Origin: an uncultured delta proteobacterium
Lineage (GTDB): Bacteria; Desulfobacterota; Binatia; HRBIN30; BPIQ01
Length of the DNA: 64,000 nucleotides
Assembly (NCBI GenBank): GCA_963761335.1
Contig: CAVXGR010000015.1
Location: 128,001 to 192,000, forward strand
Direction: 5' to 3'
A program made the position numbers and the translations under genes. The first letter of the stretch is position 1; each line of letters opens with the position of its first letter. Shown here piece by piece: positions 1-9,532 of this stretch. The notes beneath the pieces are model-generated. The model searched no databases. It worked only from the letters and a program-made list of their open reading frames with translations, and had not been told where the DNA came from.

Positions 1-1209
1 GAGCGCAAGCTGCGCCACGACGTCAAGGCGCGCATCGAGGAGCTCTGCGATCTGGCCGGCTACCAGCACATCCACAAGGGTCTGACCAGCCGCGACCTCA
101 CGGAGAACGTCGAGCAGCTCCAAGTGCTGCGCTCGCTCCAGCTCCTGCGCGTCAAGTACGCCGCCGCCCTCCTGCGCCTGGCGGAGCGTGCCGAGGAGTT
201 TCGCGCTCTCGTGCTGACGGCGCGGACGCACAACGTTCCCGCGCAGGCGACCACCCTGGGCAAGCGCCTGGCGATGTTCGGCGAGGAGATGCGCCTTGCC
301 TTGGTGCGCCTCGAGAACCTCATCGACCGGTATCCACTTCGCGGCATCAAGGGCGCCGTTGGCACCCAGCTCGACCAGATCACCCTGCTCGGCGACGCCG
401 AGCGGGCACGGCACCTCGAAGAGGACGTGGTTCGCAACCTCGGCTTCCACGAGGCGCTTGGCGCCGTCGGCCAGGTGTATCCCCGCAGTCTGGACCTCGA
501 GGTGCTCTCGGCGCTGCTGCAGCTCGCTGCCGGTCCCAGCAGCTTTGCCAAGACGCTGCGGCTGATGACCGGATTCGAGCTCGCCTCGGAGGGTTTTCAG
601 GAGGGCCAGGTAGGCTCGTCGGCGATGCCCCACAAGCGCAACGCCCGCAGCTGCGAGCGCATCAACGGTTTCACCGTCGTGCTCTCCGGATTTCTACAGA
701 TGGGTGCGGGCCTTGCGGGTGATCAGTGGAACGAGGGAGACGTGTCCTGCTCGGTGGTCCGACGCGTGGCGCTGCCCGGGGCCATGTTCGCGATCGACGG
801 CCTGCTCGACACGTTTCTCACCGTGGTGCGCGAGATGGAGGTCTATCCGGCGATGATCGACGCCGAGCGACAGCGCTACCTGCCCTTTCTGGCGACCACC
901 ACGGTGCTCATGGCCGCGGTCAAGAAGGGGGCGGGGCGCGAGGCCGCTCATCAGGCCATTCAGCAGCACGCCGTGGCAGTGGCGGCACGCCTGCGCGAGG
1001 GCGGGCGCGAGGAGGCCGATCTCGTCGGTCGTCTGGCTGCGGACGCGCGCATCGGCCTGTCGCGGGCGGAGATCGAGGCGCTGTTCGCCGCCGACGGTGA
1101 GCTGGTGGGCGCTGCCGTCGCCCAGACGGATGCTTTCGTGCAGGCGGCGAGGGCGCTGGCAGCGCGTATCCCCGATGCGGCTTCCTATCAGCCGCCGCCG
1201 CTCCTCTAG
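1..1209 (+). CDS. purB: Adenylosuccinate lyase (5' truncated by window edge)
   Basis: Frame 1 is open from base 1 (RHDVKARIEE, HKGLTSRD). Contains the fumarase/ASL signature GSSAMPHKRN and THNVPAQATTLGKR. Confidence 0.95.
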   Translation, partial: ERKLRHDVKARIEELCDLAGYQHIHKGLTSRDLTENVEQLQVLRSLQLLRVKYAAALLRLAERAEEFRALVLTARTHNVPAQATTLGKRLAMFGEEMRLALVRLENLIDRYPLRGIKGAVGTQLDQITLLGDAERARHLEEDVVRNLGFHEALGAVGQVYPRSLDLEVLSALLQLAAGPSSFAKTLRLMTGFELASEGFQEGQVGSSAMPHKRNARSCERINGFTVVLSGFLQMGAGLAGDQWNEGDVSCSVVRRVALPGAMFAIDGLLDTFLTVVREMEVYPAMIDAERQRYLPFLATTTVLMAAVKKGAGREAAHQAIQQHAVAVAARLREGGREEADLVGRLAADARIGLSRAEIEALFAADGELVGAAVAQTDAFVQAARALAARIPDAASYQPPPLL

Positions 1210-1264
1210 GAATGCCGTTCGCATCGGTTGCGGTGGCGCCGCGGATCGGTCAAAACCGTGGCCG

Positions 1265-2263
1265 ATGCGCTCGCGTACGCTGCTGAACGTTCTGCTGAGC
1301 CTGATCATCGGCGGCGGCTTCCTCTACCTCGCCTTTCACAATGTCTCCTTCGACCAACTCGGCGAAGCGTTTGCTCGCTTCGACGGCTGGTGGTTGATCC
1401 CGGCGGTAGTCGTCAGCCTGTTGCTGCAGATCTGTCGCACCTGGCGCTGGCAGCTGGAGCTGCGGCCGCTCGAGCGCCTCGGCTTCGGCCGCCTATGGAT
1501 CGTCACCAGCATTGCCTACATGGCGATCAATCTGCTCCCGGTTCGCCTGGGAGAGGTGGTGCGTCCGTGGTTGTTGTCGCGCCGTTCCTCGCTGACCTTC
1601 TCGAACGTGGTTGGCAATTTGCTGTTCGAGAAGACGATGGATTCCTTCGTCATCGTTTTCTATATTCTCGTCGGCCTGCTCACCACCAGCAATCTGCCGC
1701 TCTGGGTGCGCCGCGGCGCCGTGGTGCCGGCCGTCGCCGCTCTCGTGCTTGCCGTGCTGGTGGTCCTGCTGTGGACCCGAGGTGAGTCGTTCTTCGATCG
1801 CTGGATTATCGGCTGGCTGCCGCATCGCTTCGGCCAGGGCCTGATGCGCATACTGCGCGCCCTCATCGAAGGTCTGAAGATCCTGCCGAACGGCAAGCTG
1901 GTGGCAGGGGTATTCGGGGCCTCGCTGCTCCTCTGGTTCCTGCCGATCCTCTCGAGCTACATTCTCATCTGCGCCTTCGACTTCGCCGTGCCGTTCAATG
2001 CGGCGGTGATCGTCTTCATCTTCATCGGCTTCGGAACGGCGCTGCCGCAGGCCCCGGGGATGATCGGAACCTATCAGTACGCCTGCATTCTCGCCCTTGG
2101 CCTATTTGGCGTCTCGCAGCCGGATGCCCTCGCTTACGGCCTGGTGCTCAACGCCATTCAGATCGTCACGCTCGTCGCCCAGGGTCTGGTCGCTCTGGCG
2201 CTGTCTGGCATCTCCATCGAGGAGATCGCCCGGGCGCAGCGCGAGGCGCCGCAGGTCGGCTGA
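1265..2263 (+). CDS. Lysylphosphatidylglycerol-synthase-TM / flippase-like membrane protein
   Basis: Multiple TM segments with motifs RTWRWQ, NLLPVRLGEVVR and PQAPGMIGTY. ATG at 1265 chosen over the ORF-track start. Confidence 0.8.
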   Translation: MRSRTLLNVLLSLIIGGGFLYLAFHNVSFDQLGEAFARFDGWWLIPAVVVSLLLQICRTWRWQLELRPLERLGFGRLWIVTSIAYMAINLLPVRLGEVVRPWLLSRRSSLTFSNVVGNLLFEKTMDSFVIVFYILVGLLTTSNLPLWVRRGAVVPAVAALVLAVLVVLLWTRGESFFDRWIIGWLPHRFGQGLMRILRALIEGLKILPNGKLVAGVFGASLLLWFLPILSSYILICAFDFAVPFNAAVIVFIFIGFGTALPQAPGMIGTYQYACILALGLFGVSQPDALAYGLVLNAIQIVTLVAQGLVALALSGISIEEIARAQREAPQVG

Positions 2264-2281
2264 CGCGGGGGAGCGCTACCT

Positions 2282-3124
2282 TCAGCGACCGATGTGGGCG
2301 CCGCGCGGCAACAGGCGCGCGGCGATCCCGACCAGTGCTGGCACCAAGCGCGGGCGCAGCAGGCGGTTGTCGTAACCCCCGAGACGGCGTTCGTTCTCGC
2401 GCAGGCAGGTGTCGAGGAAAACGCGCGGCGAGAAATCGCCGAAGGATCCGTGGCTCTTCATGGCGAAGTTGTCCTGGCTCTCCGCACTGCCGACGTCGAG
2501 CGCCGTGCGGATGCGGCTGAGGATCTGCAGCCAGACCGCCAGGCCGCGGCGGAAGGCGTACTGCGGCTGCCCGAGGATCGGCACATGCACCTGCCGGTAG
2601 GCGATCCAGTTGGCGAAGAAGAGGATGTGGCGCGCCTCTTCCTGCATGATCGGATCGAAGATCTCGACCAGCGAGGGAGGAAAAAAGCCCGAGTCGCGTG
2701 CCAGAGCAAAGAGGCCAAAGGCGAAGAAGGAGTCGAAGCACTCGCCGTACCCCATGCGCATGAACGCCCATTCGGCATCGTGGGGCGAGGGGGGATTCGG
2801 CCGCGGCTCGACGGCGATTCCGTAGTGCTGCGTCAGCAAGCGGAGGAGGATCGAGTGCCGCCCTTCCTCATATCCCTGCAGCGCGATCGCCTGGCGCAGC
2901 ACCGGGTCGGACTCGACCACGGCCAGCGACTGTACCTTGACGGCCACATCCTGCTCCGTGTGTACCGCCTCGTTCCACACCGGAAGCGCGCTCAGCCTCT
3001 CCACTGTCTCTCCGTCCAGCGCCGGCCAGGTGACGGCGCCTGGGTCGTACGGATCGTGTGACTCGACGAAGGCCGTGCAGAAGGCAAGCTTGTGCTCTTC
3101 CGAACCCGGTCTGAGGGCTCCCAT
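2282..3124 (-). CDS. Ferritin-like diiron domain protein
   Basis: Two ExxH motifs (YEEGRH, QEEARH) spaced as in four-helix diiron proteins; RBS upstream. Confidence 0.75.
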   Translation of the reverse strand: MGALRPGSEEHKLAFCTAFVESHDPYDPGAVTWPALDGETVERLSALPVWNEAVHTEQDVAVKVQSLAVVESDPVLRQAIALQGYEEGRHSILLRLLTQHYGIAVEPRPNPPSPHDAEWAFMRMGYGECFDSFFAFGLFALARDSGFFPPSLVEIFDPIMQEEARHILFFANWIAYRQVHVPILGQPQYAFRRGLAVWLQILSRIRTALDVGSAESQDNFAMKSHGSFGDFSPRVFLDTCLRENERRLGGYDNRLLRPRLVPALVGIAARLLPRGAHIGR

Positions 3125-3271
3125 GGCTCTCCCCCTCCTCGTTACCGCCGGCCGCCGTACCGGCGAGGCGCGCCTTGCTCCTCTCCGGTGCGCTCTGCCG
3201 ACTTGGACGCGACGAAATGCTAGACAGCTGACGCCCCGAGGTCAACTGCTGCACTCGCTTGACGCGAGGCT

Positions 3272-4675
3272 TCAGCCCGAGGCGTCGGAGTTGCCGCGCG
3301 CCCGCTCCAGCTCCTCGCGCATGGCCCGCGGCAGGCGTACGACGCTGTCCACCATGCGGATCTCCGGAATCAGCTCCGCGAGGTTTGGAGGTGTCTGCGG
3401 CGCCTCTCGCATGCCGCGAAGACGCCGGAAGGCGGCGAGCAGCGGCGGTGCCATCGGTGCGACGCTGGTGCCGCGCATGGCCAGGATGCGGTGGCAGGGC
3501 GCCGCCAGGGAGAGATAAGCGGCGCCGTAGGCGCCGCCGCCGAGGACGCAGAGAAGAGGGTGACCGAGGAGGCGAGCGGCGACCAGGCTCTCGAGACAGC
3601 GAGCCAGGGCGACGTGCAGCCCGTTGCGCTCTTCCTGGATCTGACTCGAGTGCCCCTGGCAGAAGAGGAAGATCAGAATGGGCGCGGTATCCGGCTGACG
3701 GACGGCGAAGTCCACCACCGCCGAGATGGCATGCGCCTCCTCGATGCCGATGCCGGTTCCGCCGGGTGGGTCGGGGCCGACCACGACGCTCATTGCGCCG
3801 CGTCCCTCGAGCAGGCCCCAGGCCGCCTGTACGAGACCGCGGCGCACGAACGGTCCGCTGGGCCGCCACTGTCCGCGAAACGAGTATCTCAGCAGGTCGC
3901 GCTGCGGGCGCGGATTCTCCGGAACGGCAGCATCGCCTGCCTCCGAGATGCCGCTGCCCCGCAGCTCACCGAGAAGGCGGGCGGTCCGCTGCGTCGCCAG
4001 CTCGGCGACGCGCGTCAACGCCGGCTTGCGCCGCGGCCGGCGAATCGCCGCCGCCACCTCGGCGCGGATGGCCGCCGCCGAATCGGCCACCAGCGCGTCC
4101 GCGTGTCGGCGCCGGTACCTCTGTGGAGCGCCGGTCGCGGCACGGCCCTCCTCTTCGGGAGCCCGAGAGCTTCCGGTGCTGAGCAGCTTGGGGCCGGTCA
4201 GCCCCCAGTAGGTGTCCTCGGTAATGATCACCTTCTGCGATAGCGCTGCGATCACGGACGGTGCGCCGAAGCAGCCGCGGGGGCCACTGATCACGGTGAG
4301 CAGACGTGGCCCCTGGAGCGCTTGGCGTGCCAGGCCGACGCCCACTGCCGAGGCGGTGGCCAGGGCCACCGGACCTTCCTGGACGCGCACGCCTCCGGTG
4401 TCCCAGCACATCAGCATGGCCGCCATCCCGCTTCCCGCGAGCGTCGACATCTCGGTGAGCACTCCGGCCTCGCGGACGCCGACGGTGCCGCCGCGGACGT
4501 GTCCGTCGGTCAGCCCCACCAGAACCCGCTGCCCCTCGATGGTGCCGCTGCCGATCCACACCGGCACGTTGGCCGGCACGCGGGTGCCGAGCCGCGCCAC
4601 ACTGCCGGGATCGAGCAATGCCTCGGCGCGCTGCGCCGCGCTCAGCTCCGAGAATTTCTTGCCGTCGGTGCTCAG
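3272..4675 (-). CDS. Fused biotin-independent malonate decarboxylase beta/gamma-like (MdcD-MdcE) carboxyltransferase
   Basis: N half resembles MdcD (FSELSAAQRAEALLDPGS, DTGGVRVQEG, GPRGCFG, GLTGP). C half resembles MdcE (EERNGLHVALA, ARLLGHPLLCVLGGGAYGAAYL). Start inferred at CTG 4675; the track uses TTG 4618. Confidence 0.7.
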   Translation of the reverse strand: MSTDGKKFSELSAAQRAEALLDPGSVARLGTRVPANVPVWIGSGTIEGQRVLVGLTDGHVRGGTVGVREAGVLTEMSTLAGSGMAAMLMCWDTGGVRVQEGPVALATASAVGVGLARQALQGPRLLTVISGPRGCFGAPSVIAALSQKVIITEDTYWGLTGPKLLSTGSSRAPEEEGRAATGAPQRYRRRHADALVADSAAAIRAEVAAAIRRPRRKPALTRVAELATQRTARLLGELRGSGISEAGDAAVPENPRPQRDLLRYSFRGQWRPSGPFVRRGLVQAAWGLLEGRGAMSVVVGPDPPGGTGIGIEEAHAISAVVDFAVRQPDTAPILIFLFCQGHSSQIQEERNGLHVALARCLESLVAARLLGHPLLCVLGGGAYGAAYLSLAAPCHRILAMRGTSVAPMAPPLLAAFRRLRGMREAPQTPPNLAELIPEIRMVDSVVRLPRAMREELERARGNSDASG

Positions 4676-6129
4676 GAGCGTTCCGAGCAGGACAAGCGGA
4701 CGATCTCGCGAACCTGCGCCGCGGCGTTGTGCTCCAGGTGCTGGACCAGATCGATCGCCTTTTCCATCTTTTCCTTGCGCAGGGTGTAGCGCGTCTCGCG
4801 GCGGAACTTGTCCTCCACCGACTGGCGCCGCTCATCCGGCGGTCGCCCGGCCGCGCCGCGGGGCACTTCTTCCTCGGCCTCGAAGGTGCGGCCGTCCTCC
4901 ATCTCGATGCGCACCTTGGCGCCCAGCGACATGCGGAAGCCGGTGAGGTCGATACTGCCGAGGTCGACCCCGGGCTTGCCTCGCAGGAGCGGCTGCTCGC
5001 GGCCGCGACGCGCCATCTCCTCGTCGAGCGTCAAATGCACCTTCGCGGCGAGGTCCCAGACGGATTTCTCCTTGATGCGCTCGCGCAGGAACTGCCGCGG
5101 CGTCAGCTCCTTGTCCAGAATTGCGACGGCGGCGTTGTAGGCGACAGAGAAATTGAGGGCGATGACGGTGCTGTCGGCGCCGTGCAGATAGGGTGCGGCC
5201 AGTGCGTCGATCTCGACGGTCGGCGGGCCGGCGGCGACGTTCACGGCGCGAACCTTCCTCGCATCAATCGGATGGGCGCGCATCAGATGCAGGATGCAGT
5301 CGACCGTCGAGTCGATGTAGGCGCAGCCGGGGTAGAGCTTGAAGGACAGCGTCTCCGTCAGCCACGTCTTGCCCAGACCTTCGAAGGCGCCGAACCAGGG
5401 CTCCTCGGTTATCGCCCGAAGGAATCCCTGATCGTTCTCGATGATGTCCGTCGGGCCGCGCAATCCCCCGGCGGCGAGCTCCGCGGCGACGACGCCGAGG
5501 GGCGCCGTCTGCGCCGCGAGCACCACCTTACCTTCCGATGCGAGGAATCCGCCCCAGAGGCCTTGGCTCGGCTGCATCAATGCCAGACCGATGGCGGACG
5601 CCGTCTGCTTCTTGTCGAGCCCGAGGGCGCGCGACGCCGCCACCGCCGCGCCCATGAGGTGAACGAAGCTGGCGAGGCGGCCGTTCAGGCGGCCGGAGAA
5701 GGTCGCGGCGCCGAGGCGTCCGGCAAGCTCGTTTGCGGCGACCTGTGCCAGAAGAAAATCGCGGCCGCTGACGTTGTGCTTCTCCGCCAAGGCCAGCGTG
5801 CAGAGGACGGCGGAATGGCCGGTGTGTCCGCAGAAGAGGTAATCGTCGTAGTCGAGCGCCATGCTCAGGGCGCTGTTGCCGAAGATGGCGTTGTGCACCG
5901 AGGTGCGCTCCCCGGAAGGCATCAGTGTGGCCTCTTTGCCGCCCGCCCAATCCTTGATGATGCGCGAGATCGTGCGGCCCGAGTCGCTGAAATGGCCGGC
6001 GTGCACCGAGGCGATGACGCTGAGGATCTGGTTCTTGCACTCGTCGAGAACGCGGCGGGGGATGCTCTCGAACTGCAGCTCTGCGGCCCACTCGGCCAGC
6101 TTTTCCGTCACGTTGCTCGGCGTGCTCAT
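4672..6129 (-). CDS. MmgE/PrpD family protein
   Basis: Motifs ALDYDDY..GH, FKLYPGCAYI and VEDKFR; GGAGG RBS before ATG 6129. Confidence 0.85.
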   Translation of the reverse strand: MSTPSNVTEKLAEWAAELQFESIPRRVLDECKNQILSVIASVHAGHFSDSGRTISRIIKDWAGGKEATLMPSGERTSVHNAIFGNSALSMALDYDDYLFCGHTGHSAVLCTLALAEKHNVSGRDFLLAQVAANELAGRLGAATFSGRLNGRLASFVHLMGAAVAASRALGLDKKQTASAIGLALMQPSQGLWGGFLASEGKVVLAAQTAPLGVVAAELAAGGLRGPTDIIENDQGFLRAITEEPWFGAFEGLGKTWLTETLSFKLYPGCAYIDSTVDCILHLMRAHPIDARKVRAVNVAAGPPTVEIDALAAPYLHGADSTVIALNFSVAYNAAVAILDKELTPRQFLRERIKEKSVWDLAAKVHLTLDEEMARRGREQPLLRGKPGVDLGSIDLTGFRMSLGAKVRIEMEDGRTFEAEEEVPRGAAGRPPDERRQSVEDKFRRETRYTLRKEKMEKAIDLVQHLEHNAAAQVREIVRLSCSERS

Positions 6130-6284
6130 CCACAGCCTCCCGGTCAAAACGAATACGGGGACAATAGTGAACCAGGCTCGGCAAGGCAACGGTGCTTCTG
6201 CGAGCAGCGACACCGAAACGACCTTTGTGAGGTGAGTTGGCATTGCCGAGGTTGCGGCCTACAAGGGAAGCAGGAGGTGCAGAG

Positions 6285-7289
6285 ATGCGGGCCATGGTTT
6301 TGCACAAGCCAGCGCCGATCGACGATTCGCCGCTCCACCTCGAGGATGTGCCCTGCCCCGAGCCGGGAGCGGGCGAGGTGCGGGTGCGGGTCGAGGCCTG
6401 TGGGATATGCCGGACCGATCTGCATGTCACCGAGGGCGAGCTGCCGCCGCAGCGCGATACGGTGATTCCCGGCCATCAGGTAGTCGGCCGGGTCGAGGCC
6501 AGCGGTGCCGGCGCCTCTCGCTTTGCGCCCGGGGCGCGGCTCGGGATCGCCTGGTTGCGGTACACGTGCGGCGTCTGCCGTTACTGTCGTGCCGGCCGCG
6601 AGAACCTGTGCCCCCGCGCGCGCTTCACCGGGTATCACGAGAACGGCGGCTATGCCGAGTACGCCGTGGTTCACGAAGACTACGCCTACGAGATTCCATC
6701 CACTCTCGATGCCGCCGAGACCACGCCGCTGCTGTGCGCCGGCATCATCGGCTATCGCGCCCTGAAGCGCGCCGACATGCGCCCGGGTTGCCGCGTCGGC
6801 CTCTACGGCTTCGGCGCCTCGGCGCACATTGCCATTCAGGTGGCCCTGCACCTCGGCTGCACGGTGTACGTGATGACGCGCGACGAAGGGCACCAACACC
6901 TGGCGCGGCAGCTCGGCGCCGCCTGGGCCGGTGGCGCTGCCGATTCGCCACCGGACAAACTGGACAGCGCCGTTCTCTTCGCTCCGGCCGGCGAGCTGGT
7001 GCCCCCGGCGCTCGAGGCCCTCGACCGCGGTGGCACCTTGGCGCTCGCCGGGATCTATCTGACGCCGGTGCCGCCGCTGGATTACGAGCGACATCTCTTC
7101 TACGAGAAGAACCTCCGCAGCGTCACCGCCAACACCCGCGCCGACGGCAACGAGCTCCTCCAGCTCGCCGCCGAGATCCCGATTCGCCCGCACACCACCG
7201 TCTTCCGCTTCGAAGAGGCCAACGAGGCGCTCCAGCGCCTCAAGCACGACGCCATTCAGGGCGCTGGCGTCCTCGTTTTGTCAGATTGA
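6285..7289 (+). CDS. Zinc-dependent alcohol dehydrogenase
   Basis: Motifs CGICRTDLH, PGHQVVG, CGVCRYC...C, PLLCAGIIGYRAL and GFGASA; GGAGG RBS. Confidence 0.92.
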   Translation: MRAMVLHKPAPIDDSPLHLEDVPCPEPGAGEVRVRVEACGICRTDLHVTEGELPPQRDTVIPGHQVVGRVEASGAGASRFAPGARLGIAWLRYTCGVCRYCRAGRENLCPRARFTGYHENGGYAEYAVVHEDYAYEIPSTLDAAETTPLLCAGIIGYRALKRADMRPGCRVGLYGFGASAHIAIQVALHLGCTVYVMTRDEGHQHLARQLGAAWAGGAADSPPDKLDSAVLFAPAGELVPPALEALDRGGTLALAGIYLTPVPPLDYERHLFYEKNLRSVTANTRADGNELLQLAAEIPIRPHTTVFRFEEANEALQRLKHDAIQGAGVLVLSD

Positions 7290-7291
7290 AG

Positions 7292-7395
7292 GGTTGACGG
7301 GATATCGAGTTGTCGGGTTGGCCGAGCTCGTGTCATCCAACTCAGGATCTCGACAACCCGACGACCCGAGAACCCGGTAACCCGACCGATCGAGC
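7292..7395. repeat. Tandem-inverted octamer repeat between convergent genes
   Basis: Degenerate (gggttgnc)n followed by complementary (gacaaccc/gannaccc)n units. Confidence 0.5.
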
Positions 7396-7412
7396 CACCG
7401 AGAAACTCTCTC

Positions 7413-7955
7413 TTATTCCTTCCAGCCGGGCGGTGGCGGGATCTGTCGCTCGCCGAGCTGGATCGCATACGCCTCGACGCCGAATCCAGCGCCGCTCCCG
7501 AAGTACATGCTCTCCACGTCCCAGCGCAGCGGCACCGTGTCCCCCGGGGGAATGGTGACGTCCATCTGGCGCTGCAGCTGCTCGAGGTCCTCGGCGCCCG
7601 GACCCGCGTGGCTGGCGATGTGCATGATCAGGCGAACCCCTTTCACCTTCTCCGCGTGCGGGTTCTGCAAGCTGCCGCGCATGCGCATGACGCCGCCGTC
7701 GGTCGTCTGCGAGCCGAGGATCACGTGCAGCGGCGCCAGGCTTTCCACGGTTCGCGCCAACCTGGCGGCGGCCTGCTCCTTCGCCTCCTGGCTCGCGGCG
7801 GCATCGCGCGCGTCGAGCGCCGCCTTCTCGCGAGCCAGCTCGTCGTAGAGGGATGTGCTGTTGGCCGCCGCCGTGCCCTCTTCTGGTGTGCTGCGCGCCG
7901 CGGAGCATCCCGCGAGCAACACCAACATCCCGATGGAAACGCGTCTCAAGGCCAT
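7413..7955 (-). CDS. Hypothetical lipoprotein
   Basis: MALRRVSIGMLVLLAGC carries an LAGC lipobox; GGAG RBS. Confidence 0.7.
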   Translation of the reverse strand: MALRRVSIGMLVLLAGCSAARSTPEEGTAAANSTSLYDELAREKAALDARDAAASQEAKEQAAARLARTVESLAPLHVILGSQTTDGGVMRMRGSLQNPHAEKVKGVRLIMHIASHAGPGAEDLEQLQRQMDVTIPPGDTVPLRWDVESMYFGSGAGFGVEAYAIQLGERQIPPPPGWKE

Positions 7956-8072
7956 CCCGGTCTCCTTTCCCGCACTTTCCTGGCTTGCACAGCGAGGCTT
8001 TGCGGTCAAGCGAATCAAGCCGGCGCCGTCCTCGCTTTTGCACTAGTGCGGCGCTCCGGCTAAGGAGAGGCA

Positions 8073-8474
8073 ATGCGCCGTTTCGTGCTGCCGCTGCTGG
8101 CGTTCTTCCTGTGGGGTTCACCGGCCGTGGCGCAGGTCACGCCGGGGTCATCCACCTCGGGCGGAGGCGCTCTCGCCATCACCCCGGGGGTGCTGGCGCC
8201 GATGCCGGTCAGTACTCCCGCCGCCCTGGCGCCTCTGCGGCTGACTCCGGCGGTGCCCTTCGGTTACTACCGCTGCTCCTGCAGCCTGGCCTCGGTGGGT
8301 GAGCCGGCGCTGGCGAGTCGCTTCGGCACGGTGCAGACGACGCCGTGGTCGGGCTCGGTCTATGCCCGCACCGACACTGACGCATCCTACAAGGCCCGCA
8401 ACGCCTGCTCGGCCGAGACCGCCGGCCATCTGCTCGACTGCGTCAGCTGCGCCTGCTCGCGCCTCTCCCCCTGA
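8073..8474 (+). CDS. Hypothetical secreted Cys-rich protein
   Basis: AGGAGAGG RBS, signal peptide, CSC and CVSCAC motifs. Confidence 0.65.
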   Translation: MRRFVLPLLAFFLWGSPAVAQVTPGSSTSGGGALAITPGVLAPMPVSTPAALAPLRLTPAVPFGYYRCSCSLASVGEPALASRFGTVQTTPWSGSVYARTDTDASYKARNACSAETAGHLLDCVSCACSRLSP

Positions 8475-8478
8475 TTCG

Positions 8479-9498
8479 TCAGAGCTGGTTGATGCGGTTG
8501 ATGAGCATGCGCAGGCGGCCGAAGTTGGTGCGGTTGAAGTGCAGCGCCAGGCGCGGCAGTGAGAAGATCTCGGCATCGGTGCGCTCGGCCGAGAAGGCGG
8601 AGCGCTGGACGATCTTCCCCTTCACCAGGATGTCGCCGAAGTCCCGGTTCAGGGCCGCCACGGCCTCCGGAGGGAGTGGCCGGTTGAGGCGAATGACCAG
8701 CTGGTCGCGTACGTAGCGCGACGAGTGGTAGACGCGATAGAACGCGGTCATCTCCTCGACCGCTTCATCGAGATCCTGGGTCACGAGAAAGAGCGCCAGA
8801 TCCTCCTCGGAGATCATCCGCTGCCGCAGGATGTGCTCGATGACGTAGCGCTTCCAGGTGCGCCAGTAGGTGCCACGCGGCTGGTCGAGGAAAACCACCG
8901 GCATGAGCTTGCTCTTGCCGGTCTGCATCAGGGTGAGCACCTCGAAGCCCTCGTCGTGGGTTCCGAAGCCCCCGGGGAACAGGGCGACGCCGTCCGCCTC
9001 CTTCACGAAGAAGAGCTTGCGGGTGAAGAAATATTTGAAGTTCACCAGCTTCTGGTCGCCGGTGATGATCGGGTTTGCCGACTGCTCGAAGGGCAGGCGG
9101 ATGTTGATGCCGAAGCTGCGCTCGCGGCCGGCGCCGCGCTGGCAGGCCTCCATGATGCCCGGTCCGGCCCCGGTGATGATCATGAAGCCGGCGTCGGCCA
9201 TGCGGCTGGCAAACGCCTCCGCCTGCTTGAAGGCCGCCGCGTGCGACGCCGTTCGCGCCGAGCCGAAAATGCTGATCTTGCGAATGTGGCGGTAGGCCTT
9301 GAAGACGCGGAAGGCGTAGCGCATCTCGCGCAGCGCCGCATTGATGATCTTGAGGTCGCCGAGCCCGGCCTTGTCGCCCAGCAGCCGCTGCGCGGTAGCG
9401 ACGATCTCGCGGACGTAGCGCTCCGGCTCGGCGATGGCGCCGGTGGATTCCTCGTCCCCACTGCTCAGGCTGTGGGAGGACGGCGGGACTTGGCTCAC
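8479..9498 (-). CDS. LOG / lysine-decarboxylase-like Rossmann-fold protein (long type)
   Basis: Motifs SIFGSAR, ITGAGPGIMEA, FKYFFTRKLFFVK and FPGGFGTHDE; GTG start inferred at 9498. Confidence 0.88.
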   Translation of the reverse strand: MSQVPPSSHSLSSGDEESTGAIAEPERYVREIVATAQRLLGDKAGLGDLKIINAALREMRYAFRVFKAYRHIRKISIFGSARTASHAAAFKQAEAFASRMADAGFMIITGAGPGIMEACQRGAGRERSFGINIRLPFEQSANPIITGDQKLVNFKYFFTRKLFFVKEADGVALFPGGFGTHDEGFEVLTLMQTGKSKLMPVVFLDQPRGTYWRTWKRYVIEHILRQRMISEEDLALFLVTQDLDEAVEEMTAFYRVYHSSRYVRDQLVIRLNRPLPPEAVAALNRDFGDILVKGKIVQRSAFSAERTDAEIFSLPRLALHFNRTNFGRLRMLINRINQL

Positions 9499-9532
9499 GT
9501 GCCGGGAGCCTCGTGTCGGCGGTGGGCGCGGC

